From a virus, in UHGV virus genome UHGV-0118908: a stretch of 25,668 nucleotides of DNA; one strand, given 5' to 3'. Shown in pieces: positions 1 through 7,229 of the stretch; the stretch's first letter is position 1, and each line of letters opens with the position of its first letter. The notes below the pieces were generated by a model. The model had not been told where the DNA came from. It worked only from the letters and a program-made list of their open reading frames with translations, and searched no databases. Both the position numbers and the translations under genes were made by a program.

Positions 1-49
1 TTGATTAGAATGGTGTTTTTTAGATGTGAGAAATATTTTACCCGCTATT

Positions 50-250
50 TTACCCATTGGCGCGGCTTAAGAGCTTATTTTTGAATTCACAATGGTCACG
101 ATATAACCATCTTGCTCGCCCGTGGATAACTTTGGCTTTTGGAAGGTCTCCGGACTTAATCCGGTCATAGATGAAGGTTTTACCAAAGCCAGTATCAGCC
201 ATGATGAATTTCAAATCAACCAGGGAATCAGGCTGTAGTTCGTGTTGCAT
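50..250 (-). CDS. Excisionase-like / AlpA-family small HTH DNA-binding protein; alternative start at 202
   Basis: 66-aa ORF with FGKTFIYDRIKSGDLP..W motif typical of AlpA/Xis-type HTH proteins; GGAG about 10 nt upstream of ATG at 250; last gene of the leftward operon, where xis sits in lambdoid phages. No integrase start seen in 1..49. Confidence 0.5.
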   Translation of the reverse strand: MQHELQPDSLVDLKFIMADTGFGKTFIYDRIKSGDLPKAKVIHGRARWLYRDHCEFKNKLLSRANG

Positions 251-295
251 GAGTGCTATCTCCGAATAGGGAATCGAACCTGCAAATCAGGCAAT

Positions 296-316
296 AAAAA
301 ACCGCCATCAGGCGGC
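296..316 (-). terminator. Candidate intrinsic terminator on minus strand (short GC stem CCGCC/GGCGG followed by U-run)
   Basis: Plus strand reads aaaaaaCCGCCatcaGGCGG; on the minus-strand RNA this is a 5-bp GC stem, 4-nt loop and a run of 6 U. Stem is short. Confidence 0.3.
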
Positions 317-358
317 TTGGTGTTCTTTCAGTTCTTCAATTCGAATATTGGTTACGTC

Positions 359-670
359 TTATTCGATGCGCACTCCTGGTATTTCGCCTTTTGATATTGC
401 TAAGTCATAAATTTGCGCAGCACTATACCCATCTCGCATCCATGAATCTAAGGCGCGAACAGCCTCGCTACGCTTTTTATCTTCTCTCTCATTTTTGATA
501 TCAACGAGGACATCAACGCAATTAAGGCAAATGTGGATTTTGTCCTTACATTCGATCATGGCGGCTTTACCATGATTTCCGCCACACAGTGAGCATAAAT
601 CTTCAGGGTCTGGCTGGTATTTCTGTAACGTTAGAGGGTTGAATGTTAAACAGGCCATAATCATCTCCAT
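359..670 (-). CDS. Hypothetical Cys-rich protein (CxxC...CxxC, possible zinc finger); likely true start at third Met (658)
   Basis: 103-aa ORF; Cys pairs CSLCGG and CLNC; GGAG 6 nt upstream of the ATG at 658; flanked by hairpin/U-run structures on both sides. Confidence 0.45.
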   Translation of the reverse strand: MEMIMACLTFNPLTLQKYQPDPEDLCSLCGGNHGKAAMIECKDKIHICLNCVDVLVDIKNEREDKKRSEAVRALDSWMRDGYSAAQIYDLAISKGEIPGVRIE

Positions 671-700
671 AAAACAAAACCCGCAGTAGCGAGTTCAGAT

Positions 701-725
701 AAAAGAAAACCCCGCGAATGCGAGG
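701..725 (-). terminator. Candidate intrinsic terminator on minus strand
   Basis: Minus-strand RNA reads CCUCGC-auuc-GCGGGG (6-bp stem with one G.U) followed by UUUUCUUUU; lies immediately after the stop of the 730..1014 gene. Confidence 0.4.
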
Positions 726-729
726 ATTG

Positions 730-1014
730 TTATTCAGTGCCGATATTCACCTTTATCGCGAACACCTTTACCGGTTTATCGCCGAAGTGGGGATGTGTGA
801 TTGTCTTGATTTCATATCCGTCATACGGAATATCAATTCTGCGGCTGGAATCGTCGCGCTTCGGATATCCCTTTGTGATAATCAGACGGTCATACTTTCG
901 GAACATAATTCGCTTATTCCAATAGTCATTACACAGGCGATACTCTTCCGTTTTCTCTCCGCGAATCATGGCATCGAAGTATTCACCTTTAACGGCAAGT
1001 TGCAGGTTAGCCAC
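730..1014 (-). CDS. Hypothetical protein, possibly ASCH/DUF3850-like PUA fold; GTG start at 1014
   Basis: ORF-track entry 730..1083 overlaps the upstream gene by 77 nt; an in-frame GTG at 1014 is preceded by AGGAGG with 6-nt spacing and overlaps the upstream stop by 8 nt. Motif GEYFDAMIRGEKTEEYR resembles the DUF3850/ASCH N-terminal signature (family call from memory). Confidence 0.45.
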   Translation of the reverse strand: MANLQLAVKGEYFDAMIRGEKTEEYRLCNDYWNKRIMFRKYDRLIITKGYPKRDDSSRRIDIPYDGYEIKTITHPHFGDKPVKVFAIKVNIGTE

Positions 1015-1642
1015 GGTTAACCTCCTGCGGCGGCTCTGGTAGCGGCATCCAGTGTGACGGCTCACATACCCCCTCAACACCATTCATGTAAAAGAATTGA
1101 AATAACCCTTTACCTTTGTGAAACCCTACCATCTGCTCTTTTGTGTCTGAGCAATAAACCAAAACATCTTCTTCGTTTGGCATTCGATCACTACAGCTTA
1201 TCCAACCATCCGGAGTTACCGGAGAGTTGCCAGATAGCTCGTTCAACTTGTAAGTTTGGCTTACAGGTTCGGCACCATGAAGCATGGCGTCGCGGCAGGA
1301 GTTCCAGCCTCTCACCTCTGCAATAGCGGCAACAGCATCGACCGCGTACATTTTAAGAGGGTTAGGCATTGGTTTTTCTTCAGGTACTACTGGCACTGGA
1401 GGGGCGGCATAAACAGGAATAACGTCCGATTGCTCTTTATTGCTTTCATCCGTTAAAGCCCAGAATAATTTCCCAGCCGGATGTTTGAAAATATAAGCAA
1501 CCGGTTCTGCTTCCAGCGATGCCAGAGCAATTCGTGCCAGTTCTTCCGCTTCTTCTGCTGGCAGTACAACGTTGCTACCCGGTCCGTATGTTTCGCGCCA
1601 CTGCTTGATTGTCAGCAGTCGCTCTTTGGTTATAGTGGTCAT
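1007..1642 (-). CDS. DUF551 domain-containing phage protein
   Basis: 211-aa ORF; C-terminal W..CSDRMPNEEDVLVY...HWMPLPEPP matches the DUF551 signature common in lambdoid early-left regions; ATGA start/stop overlap with the upstream gene at 1639..1642. Confidence 0.6.
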   Translation of the reverse strand: MTTITKERLLTIKQWRETYGPGSNVVLPAEEAEELARIALASLEAEPVAYIFKHPAGKLFWALTDESNKEQSDVIPVYAAPPVPVVPEEKPMPNPLKMYAVDAVAAIAEVRGWNSCRDAMLHGAEPVSQTYKLNELSGNSPVTPDGWISCSDRMPNEEDVLVYCSDTKEQMVGFHKGKGLFQFFYMNGVEGVCEPSHWMPLPEPPQEVNRG

Positions 1643-1848
1643 TTGTTAATCCTCAAAACTTTATGCCCGGGCGCAAAAGCACGCGTTTTGTCTTTGCTTA
1701 TTCGCCAGCCATCCTTGCGCGCCTCTTTTGCACAGCCAGCCCATGACGTACCTATATACTCACCGAAGTCTGGCGACTTATATTTGCCATCTGTACATTG
1801 GAGGCAATCACAATAGAGATGCATGGTGTAACTTGCAGCGATAGCCAT
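1639..1848 (-). CDS. Small Cys-rich hypothetical protein (69 aa), start at internal Met of ORF-track entry 1639..1899
   Basis: ATG at 1848 is preceded by AAGGAG with 6-nt spacing; protein MAIAASYTMHLYCDCLQC...; the longer ORF-track start lacks an RBS. Confidence 0.5.
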   Translation of the reverse strand: MAIAASYTMHLYCDCLQCTDGKYKSPDFGEYIGTSWAGCAKEARKDGWRISKDKTRAFAPGHKVLRINK

Positions 1849-1849
1849 A

Positions 1850-2038
1850 TCACTCTCCTTTAGTGCGCAAGTGGTTTTTCCAGCGGTTTTGCGCCGCACT
1901 GGGCTTTTTGCAACAGCTGTGACCCATCACCCCGCAACACCCCGTCAACCTCACTCGTCTGTTACTAATCCTCAACCATCGCCAGACCCCAACACCGTTT
2001 CTGCTAGCTAACAGAATTTTTGCCTTACGGTTTTTCAT
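1850..2038 (-). CDS. Small basic Trp/Arg/Cys-rich ORF (62 aa), candidate
   Basis: GGAG 9 nt upstream of ATG at 2038; its start overlaps the stop of the upstream small ORF (ATGA) and its stop falls in the RBS of the next gene. No recognisable family. Confidence 0.3.
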   Translation of the reverse strand: MKNRKAKILLASRNGVGVWRWLRISNRRVRLTGCCGVMGHSCCKKPSAAQNRWKNHLRTKGE

Positions 2039-2208
2039 CGTTTTGTTCTCCTGCGTTTCCTTGCTGCTCGTTTCGCCGCTGCAACGCCTGTACGGCGTTT
2101 CGGTGCCGGAATGATGCTGTCAGCCATCAGGACATACGGCTTTGCAATTAGCGCAGAAGCCCAAAAACGAGTCGGGTACGGTAACAAGCCGATACATGCC
2201 ACACGCAT
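2035..2208 (-). CDS. Small ORF (57 aa) with strongly basic C-terminus (KRAARKRRRTKR), candidate
   Basis: Not in ORF track (under 60 aa). ATG at 2208 overlaps the TAA of the upstream gene (TAATG) and is preceded by AAAGGAGGTGAG; its TGA overlaps the ATG of the next ORF. Confidence 0.35.
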   Translation of the reverse strand: MRVACIGLLPYPTRFWASALIAKPYVLMADSIIPAPKRRTGVAAAKRAARKRRRTKR

Positions 2209-2738
2209 TACTCACCTCCTTTGATGCGAATGCCAGCGGCGCGGATTGCAGCGATGACTTCAGAAACTTTGTATGCCATTACCGTTTGGTAATCCTCGTG
2301 AAAATCTGTTCGATGAAGCATGCTGCTACGTTCTGGGAGCGATATTTCCCGTGCTTCCAGTTCTGCAATGCGCTTCTCTGCGGCTTCCAGCTCAACGCGC
2401 AGCCTCCCAACCGTAAGCGCAATATCCTCGTTCTCCTGGTCGCGTGATTTGATGTATTGCTGGTTTCTTTCCCGTTCATCCAGCAGCGCCAGCACGGTAG
2501 CCGGACTGGCTGCGGCGATAAATTCAGCATTGGCCTGCTGTTCCATTTGGAAATCTTCATCGAAACCGCTTTCAGGATGCGCTCCTTCAATTCTGCAAAT
2601 GGGAATATATCCAGCAGCCTCGCGATGAATTAGCGCATCATCACCATCAAATCGGCCCTCTCCATATTCGAGCGACCACTCGCCACACGTTGCTTTTTCT
2701 GCCTTTTCACGCAGTGCCTGATAGTCAATTTTGCTCAC
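2208..2738 (-). CDS. Ea22-like early-region protein (coiled-coil rich)
   Basis: 176-aa ORF; N-terminus MSKIDYQALREKAEKATCGEW resembles the Ea22-like family of lambdoid prophages (from memory); ATGA overlap with the upstream methyltransferase gene at 2735..2738. Confidence 0.45.
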   Translation of the reverse strand: MSKIDYQALREKAEKATCGEWSLEYGEGRFDGDDALIHREAAGYIPICRIEGAHPESGFDEDFQMEQQANAEFIAAASPATVLALLDERERNQQYIKSRDQENEDIALTVGRLRVELEAAEKRIAELEAREISLPERSSMLHRTDFHEDYQTVMAYKVSEVIAAIRAAGIRIKGGE

Positions 2739-3220
2739 TGGTTGCCCTCCTTCATAAAAATAATCCAGTGGGTCTTGTCACCCTTTCCTGTTCGTTGACC
2801 GATAACAGGCTTTCTGTCTGTCAGTGCCAATATTTGGCGAACAGGTATTTGCGTTTCATTCCATTTAAAAATCAGAACACCATATGGCCACAACACACGA
2901 AAGGCTTCTTTAAATCCCTGCCGCAAATCATCACGCCAGGTATCTTTATTCAGCCGTCCATATTTCTTTCCCATCCAGGCGTTATCACCAACACGCTCAA
3001 GATGCGGAGGGTCGAATACAACAACCGGAAACGATGCGTCTGCAAATGGTAATGCACGAAAATCTGCTATCAGGTCAGGGCTAATTATCAGCCGTCGGCC
3101 ATCACACAATATGTGATCTTCCTTTCTGATATCGCTAAATATCGCCCGGTCGTCCTTCTTATCGAACCAGAACATGCGACTGCCACAGCACATGTCGAGG
3201 ATTGCTGCATGTCCAGTCAC
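2735..3220 (-). CDS. Small SAM-dependent methyltransferase (DPPH catalytic motif), likely orphan DNA (or RNA) methyltransferase
   Basis: 161-aa ORF with glycine-rich LDMCCGSRMFWF (motif I-like) and VVFDPPH (motif IV-like, DPP[YFWH] class); ATGA overlaps with both neighbouring genes; no adjacent restriction endonuclease recognisable. Confidence 0.55.
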   Translation of the reverse strand: MTGHAAILDMCCGSRMFWFDKKDDRAIFSDIRKEDHILCDGRRLIISPDLIADFRALPFADASFPVVVFDPPHLERVGDNAWMGKKYGRLNKDTWRDDLRQGFKEAFRVLWPYGVLIFKWNETQIPVRQILALTDRKPVIGQRTGKGDKTHWIIFMKEGNQ

Positions 3221-3699
3221 TGGTTGCCTCCTTTGCGAAGCTGGGCGGCGAATCTCTCAGCATCAACAGCGCTTCCGCAATAGGCGGCGCGAGTCATGGA
3301 ATCCAATTCGTTGCGGTTTTTTCTGACGTATTCCTTCTGGCTTTCAGCAAACAACTCTACCCCCTGCGCCCGTACTTCAGCCAGGAATGCGTCGGTGGCT
3401 GGGGTTTCAGTAACATCATCTTCCCATTCGCTAAACTCCTCACGACAAAAGTCATTAAATTCCTTCTCAGATTGCTTAAGCGAGGTATTTTCAGCAGCCA
3501 TCTTCGCGCACTTGGCATCAAGGTTATCAATCGTGATTCCAGCAGAACGACACTCACGAAACGCCGTTTCTAGTTTTGATTCAAGTTCACCGAACTTACG
3601 CACCAGATATTCAGCGTTTGTTTCGTTAACCTTTAAATCTCGTGGGATGCATTTACCTTTCAGAAAACCATCCATCTCAATTAGTGACATTTGTTTCAT
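3217..3699 (-). CDS. Hypothetical acidic coiled-coil protein; start ATG 3699 favoured, GTG 3717 alternative
   Basis: ORF-track entry 3217..3717 begins at a GTG; in-frame ATG at 3699 ([11 protein letters not shown]...) overlaps the TGA of the upstream 54-aa ORF (ATGA). No family recognised. Confidence 0.5.
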   Translation of the reverse strand: MKQMSLIEMDGFLKGKCIPRDLKVNETNAEYLVRKFGELESKLETAFRECRSAGITIDNLDAKCAKMAAENTSLKQSEKEFNDFCREEFSEWEDDVTETPATDAFLAEVRAQGVELFAESQKEYVRKNRNELDSMTRAAYCGSAVDAERFAAQLRKGGNQ

Positions 3700-3860
3700 T
3701 TCTTCCCACTCCGCCACATCGCATTCAGATATTTGTTGTCATTAACAGAACCGAAACTCTTTCTCTTAAGCAATTCTTCTCTCGATGGCATTGGCTTTAC
3801 GCGTTGGCGAATAATCATTTCTGCCGGAAGAATGCCGGGATTGTATGCAAGTCCTCTCAT
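3696..3860 (-). CDS. Small ORF (54 aa), candidate
   Basis: Not in ORF track. ATG at 3860 is preceded by AGAGGA with 7-nt spacing; stop overlaps the ATG of the downstream gene; reads [36 protein letters not shown]... Confidence 0.35.
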   Translation of the reverse strand: MRGLAYNPGILPAEMIIRQRVKPMPSREELLKRKSFGSVNDNKYLNAMWRSGKK

Positions 3861-3876
3861 GGTAAATTCCTCTTTG

Positions 3877-4191
3877 TTAATTTATTCGTATGCCTGCTCT
3901 TTCTTCATCGAGTTTTTTTAGCTTGTATCGCATAGCTCTTACTGAATAAATTGAGCGGCAGGTTGCAATTGCTATTTCTTCTGCTGAGAACTTACCGAAA
4001 AGTGATACTTCGGCTCTTGTCCATCGTCTTCCACGAAGTCGGTTAACAATGTCAGCGCCAATCCTTGTTGCTTTCGCCATTACTGCTTTTTCAGTCCTTT
4101 CCAGTTTTTCTGCGATAACTTCAACTGGCATTGTCGCCGCTACCTCGCGCAAGAAATCGACTTCCCATTTCTCCCATGGAGTCTTTTTCAT
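3877..4191 (-). CDS. Hypothetical protein (104 aa), possibly two tandem helical W-containing repeats
   Basis: ORF-track entry; two similar segments ([12 protein letters not shown]... and [14 protein letters not shown]...). No confident family assignment. Confidence 0.45.
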   Translation of the reverse strand: MKKTPWEKWEVDFLREVAATMPVEVIAEKLERTEKAVMAKATRIGADIVNRLRGRRWTRAEVSLFGKFSAEEIAIATCRSIYSVRAMRYKLKKLDEERAGIRIN

Positions 4192-4202
4192 AGTCGATAC
4201 CG

Positions 4203-4685
4203 TTATTTGATAAGAAGTGAAGGTTTCCCAACCTTGAGTTGAGCGCCTGGGATATTTATTCCTGCTTTTAGTTGGTGCTTGATTGCCAACTTGTCGGCTT
4301 TAATTGTCGTTTCAAACTCAACGTATTCATGAGGAAGGGCGCTTGAGTCGATGATTTCTACAGTTTCTGACGGTTTTCTGATTGTTACCTGGTGAATACC
4401 TGCTCGAATCTTTTTCTTGCCAACCATTTCAAGCGATGACGCTATATATGATTTGATGCTGTCAATCTTATTTTGAATTACTGTGGCTCGCTCATTCAGT
4501 GACTTTGCCTCTTCCTTGAGGCGTTCGGCATAACCAGATTCATTTTTAATGACGGAAAGAAGTTGCTCTATTTTATCGGTAAATTCTCCTTCCATGCCTT
4601 CTATTGTGTCAGCAATCATCTCTGGTTCTAAATCTGAATCCATCAATTTTGCGTATTCATTGGCAATTTCATATAGTTTGCTCAC
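4203..4685 (-). CDS. Sipho_Gp157-like protein (recombination-module associated); GTG start at 4685
   Basis: ORF-track entry 4203..4691 starts on a TTG that abuts the SD; GTG at 4685 is preceded by GGAGG with 6-nt spacing. KLYEIANEYAKL...GKKKI...IPGAQL pattern resembles the Gp157 family that often accompanies RecT/Erf (from memory). Confidence 0.5.
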   Translation of the reverse strand: MSKLYEIANEYAKLMDSDLEPEMIADTIEGMEGEFTDKIEQLLSVIKNESGYAERLKEEAKSLNERATVIQNKIDSIKSYIASSLEMVGKKKIRAGIHQVTIRKPSETVEIIDSSALPHEYVEFETTIKADKLAIKHQLKAGINIPGAQLKVGKPSLLIK

Positions 4686-5580
4686 TGGCAACCTCCAGTT
4701 TCGCTTTGCATTCTATGTAAATGGCTTGTACGTTCTGCTGCAATTTCATTCCAGATGTCAGGCGATATGCTTCTGCAAAATATCGCTTCAAATCATCCAT
4801 GTTTTCTGCCTGAGCCATTTCATCGCAAAGAAGTTGTGCTTTATCCATTATTTCCTGCTGGCGTTTCCGTTCATCTTCGCGGATATCTTCCTCTGATTTG
4901 TGCGGCATAACTGGTTCAGTCCACACACCTTCTTCTTCGTTTAGTACGTGAATAGCACTATCAAGACGTGATGCCTTAGGCCAATACTTGCTTGCACGCT
5001 TTACGACCGTCTTTCGCGCCATCTCATTCCAGTGATTTACCCATGGTCCTTTATCGCTGAATGCTGCCTTGCTTGTTTTCCTTACAGCCTCAATTTCAGC
5101 CAGACTCATCTCTTCCGTTAGATAATCACCTGCTGGCGTCTTAACTGTGCAGTAAACGCCAACGATATCACCACGATCACCGAAGGCGTTGTATTTATGG
5201 GTTGGTGCTTTATCAAGCCCGTTTGACTCATAGGTATCGTTAGCATGAACAAGTTTTGCCTGACCCCATGAGATAACACCAGACTCCATTGCAATATGGA
5301 GCAATCCCATATAACTGATATCAAGGCAAACCATGCCGTCGCGCGGAACCAGATAAGCCAGTTTGCTGGCCGGGTTTAAGGTGATGCCGATCGCCGCAAC
5401 ATTGATGATGGCGTTCTGTGCGCTGGTTGGATTTGCCAGTGCCGTTTTAGCCAGGTAATCATTTTTCTGGAAATACTGAATTGCAAACTGGCTTTCCTTA
5501 GCCCATGTCACCGTCTGTTCAGTCAATGCTCCGCAGAATAACTGCTCTTGCTGTTTAACGAATTCAACGATATTGCTCAT
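4669..5580 (-). CDS. recT: RecT-family single-strand annealing recombinase
   Basis: 303-aa ORF; GPWVNHWNEMARKTVVKRASKYWP matches the conserved RecT core (Rac RecT has GPWVTHWEEMAKKTAIRR); ATGA overlap with the upstream gene at 5577..5580. Confidence 0.85.
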   Translation of the reverse strand: MSNIVEFVKQQEQLFCGALTEQTVTWAKESQFAIQYFQKNDYLAKTALANPTSAQNAIINVAAIGITLNPASKLAYLVPRDGMVCLDISYMGLLHIAMESGVISWGQAKLVHANDTYESNGLDKAPTHKYNAFGDRGDIVGVYCTVKTPAGDYLTEEMSLAEIEAVRKTSKAAFSDKGPWVNHWNEMARKTVVKRASKYWPKASRLDSAIHVLNEEEGVWTEPVMPHKSEEDIREDERKRQQEIMDKAQLLCDEMAQAENMDDLKRYFAEAYRLTSGMKLQQNVQAIYIECKAKLEVASEQTI

Positions 5581-5888
5581 GCTGCTTCTCCAAAAATGTG
5601 TCTGCGTTTGAATATTGCGAAGGCATATTCAGCCTTAACTCTTTCGGTTATTGCATCCCAGAACCATTCAGCGGCTTTTTCCTGATAGTTACAGTCATCA
5701 TCTTCCAGCCAGTCGATAGCGTCCTTAGTGTGTTCATCTGGTTTATATGAGCGAAGCATTTCGCTTATTGGGTCGCAACGTTTGCAGAGGCGATCAACTT
5801 CACTGTTGATTCGTTCGTAATCTTCATCAGTAAAACTTGCGATAATTTGCGATATTTCACGCTTATCATTCAGAGTCAGAATCATCAT
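5577..5888 (-). CDS. Hypothetical acidic protein upstream of recT (position analogous to gam/abc anti-RecBCD genes)
   Basis: 103-aa ORF MMILTLNDKREISQIIASFTDEDYERI...; no family recognised; the functional guess is positional only. Confidence 0.5.
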   Translation of the reverse strand: MMILTLNDKREISQIIASFTDEDYERINSEVDRLCKRCDPISEMLRSYKPDEHTKDAIDWLEDDDCNYQEKAAEWFWDAITERVKAEYAFAIFKRRHIFGEAA

Positions 5889-5969
5889 CTTTCTCCTGTT
5901 CTTTGTGCTGATTGAGCATTTTGTTCATCTGACGAATGAATTCTTCGTCTGACCAGTTATCTGTAAAAC

Positions 5970-6122
5970 TCATTTCCTGCGATACCACGGAAGGTTGATA
6001 GCTGATTTCATAGCTTTATTTGCTTCAAGCCACATTTTTGAATCACCAATAAATCTGGCTATTACTGCTTTGTTCTGTGCAGCACGAAGCATCTGGTGAT
6101 TAATGGCTATTTCATTGCGCAT
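5970..6122 (-). CDS. kil: Kil-like small protein (host cell-division inhibitor family), candidate
   Basis: Not in ORF track (50 aa). ATG at 6122 is preceded by GGAGG; protein MRNEIAINHQMLRAAQNKAVIARFIGDSKMWLEANKAMKS...; the IA(T/R)FIGD(E/S)KM core resembles lambda Kil (from memory); sits next to cIII as in lambda. Confidence 0.4.
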   Translation of the reverse strand: MRNEIAINHQMLRAAQNKAVIARFIGDSKMWLEANKAMKSAINLPWYRRK

Positions 6123-6241
6123 AACGCCTCCAGTTGTTTCTTTGCTGCTCTGATTAATTGTTTAACTCGGCGTGATAATTCAGATTCGTGCGGGTAGAAA
6201 GCGGACATGACGCCGCTACCCGCGAGCTGAAAGTGCATCAT
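6107..6241 (-). CDS. cIII: CIII-like protein (FtsH inhibitor family), start at internal Met of ORF-track entry 6107..6346
   Basis: ATG at 6241 is preceded by AAGGAG with 7-nt spacing; MMHFQLAGSGVMSAFYPHESELSRRVKQLIRAAKKQLEAL shows the AG...P.ES.L.R pattern of CIII (from memory); position matches lambda cIII. Confidence 0.5.
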   Translation of the reverse strand: MMHFQLAGSGVMSAFYPHESELSRRVKQLIRAAKKQLEALCAMK

Positions 6242-6305
6242 GGGTAACTCCTTATATTTGATTGCATAACGAAAACGCCTCAAGTGAAGCGTTATTGGTA
6301 TGCAT

Positions 6306-6331
6306 ATAAAAAGGCCCTCACACTGGAGGGC
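6306..6331 (-). terminator. Candidate intrinsic terminator on minus strand upstream of cIII
   Basis: Plus strand reads aaaaaGGCCCTCacactgGAGGGC; on the minus-strand RNA this is a 6-bp GC stem with 6-nt loop followed by CUUUUUAU. Confidence 0.4.
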
Positions 6332-6426
6332 AAAGAAGATTTCCAATAATCAGAACAAGTCGGCTCCTGTTTAGTCACGAGCGACATTGCTCCGTGTATT
6401 CACTCGTTGGAATGAATACACAGTGC

Positions 6427-6615
6427 TTATTCGTCATGCATTTCAGGTAATTCTTCGTATTCGACGCCCCATACGAGTTTACACCAACTAACTCGCTCAT
6501 ATCTTTTACAGAAATCAGACCACATAACTTGTGTTCCATCATGGTTTGTTATTACCTCTGTAATATCACCAACACTAACAAAACTGGTATTAGAAGCAGT
6601 TATTTTTACTTTCAT
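6427..6615 (-). CDS. Hypothetical small protein (62 aa)
   Basis: ORF-track entry; start overlaps the stop of the upstream 98-aa gene (ATGA at 6615); no family recognised. Confidence 0.4.
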   Translation of the reverse strand: MKVKITASNTSFVSVGDITEVITNHDGTQVMWSDFCKRYERVSWCKLVWGVEYEELPEMHDE

Positions 6616-6911
6616 TATTCATCACCTATGGCTTTTTTGATAGCTTCGAGAGCCTTATTAACAGCTCCAGACCATTCTGGATATGTTGTCGTTGTTCTAT
6701 TTTTGGTTTGCTTAAGTAATAACTGAAGTGCTTCTAGAAGGTCAGGTGCTGCCGCTATTAGATTGGCATCTTCAATGCATTGAACTTCCTCACAGATTGC
6801 AATATACGAACGCCAGCCTGCGCCATTTTCAAGTGAGTCTGCCTGGATGATTTTAATCTCATCGCCATCCATCATTATTTCCCACTTACCTTCAGTACCT
6901 TTAAATTCCAT
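6615..6911 (-). CDS. Hypothetical protein (98 aa)
   Basis: ORF-track entry; acidic; no family recognised. Confidence 0.45.
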   Translation of the reverse strand: MEFKGTEGKWEIMMDGDEIKIIQADSLENGAGWRSYIAICEEVQCIEDANLIAAAPDLLEALQLLLKQTKNRTTTTYPEWSGAVNKALEAIKKAIGDE

Positions 6912-6950
6912 GTTATCCTCTGTTGTTTATGCCAAAAATAAAGGCCACCA

Positions 6951-7151
6951 TCAGGCAGCCTTGTTGTTCTGTTTACCAAGTTCTCTGGCAATCATTGCCG
7001 TTGTTCGTATTGCCCATTTATCGACATATTTCCCATTCTCCATTACAGGAAACATTTCTTCAGGCTTAACCATGCATTTCGATTGCAGCTTGCATCCATT
7101 GCATCGCTTGAATTGTCCACACCATTGATTTTTATCAATAGTCGTAGTCAT
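6951..7151 (-). CDS. ral: Ral-like restriction-alleviation protein
   Basis: 66-aa ORF MTTTIDKNQWCGQFKRCNGCKLQS...AIRTTAMIARELGKQNNKAA agrees closely with lambda Ral as remembered; located just downstream of N as in lambda. Confidence 0.6.
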   Translation of the reverse strand: MTTTIDKNQWCGQFKRCNGCKLQSKCMVKPEEMFPVMENGKYVDKWAIRTTAMIARELGKQNNKAA

Positions 7152-7229
7152 ACGGATAGTCCTGGTATTGTTCCATCACATCTTGAGGATGCTCTTCGAA
7201 CTCTTCAAATTCTTCTTCCATATCTCACC

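Noticed and set aside
1-49. Possible integrase start or attachment site at the left edge
   Set aside because: No ATG/GTG with RBS on the minus strand in 1..49 and no recognisable att core; integrase, if present, lies outside the window.
718-1020. Plus-strand ORFs 718..1020 and 737..925
   Set aside because: Antisense to the minus-strand gene at 730..1014, which has the stronger RBS and fits the operon orientation; no translation signals of their own.
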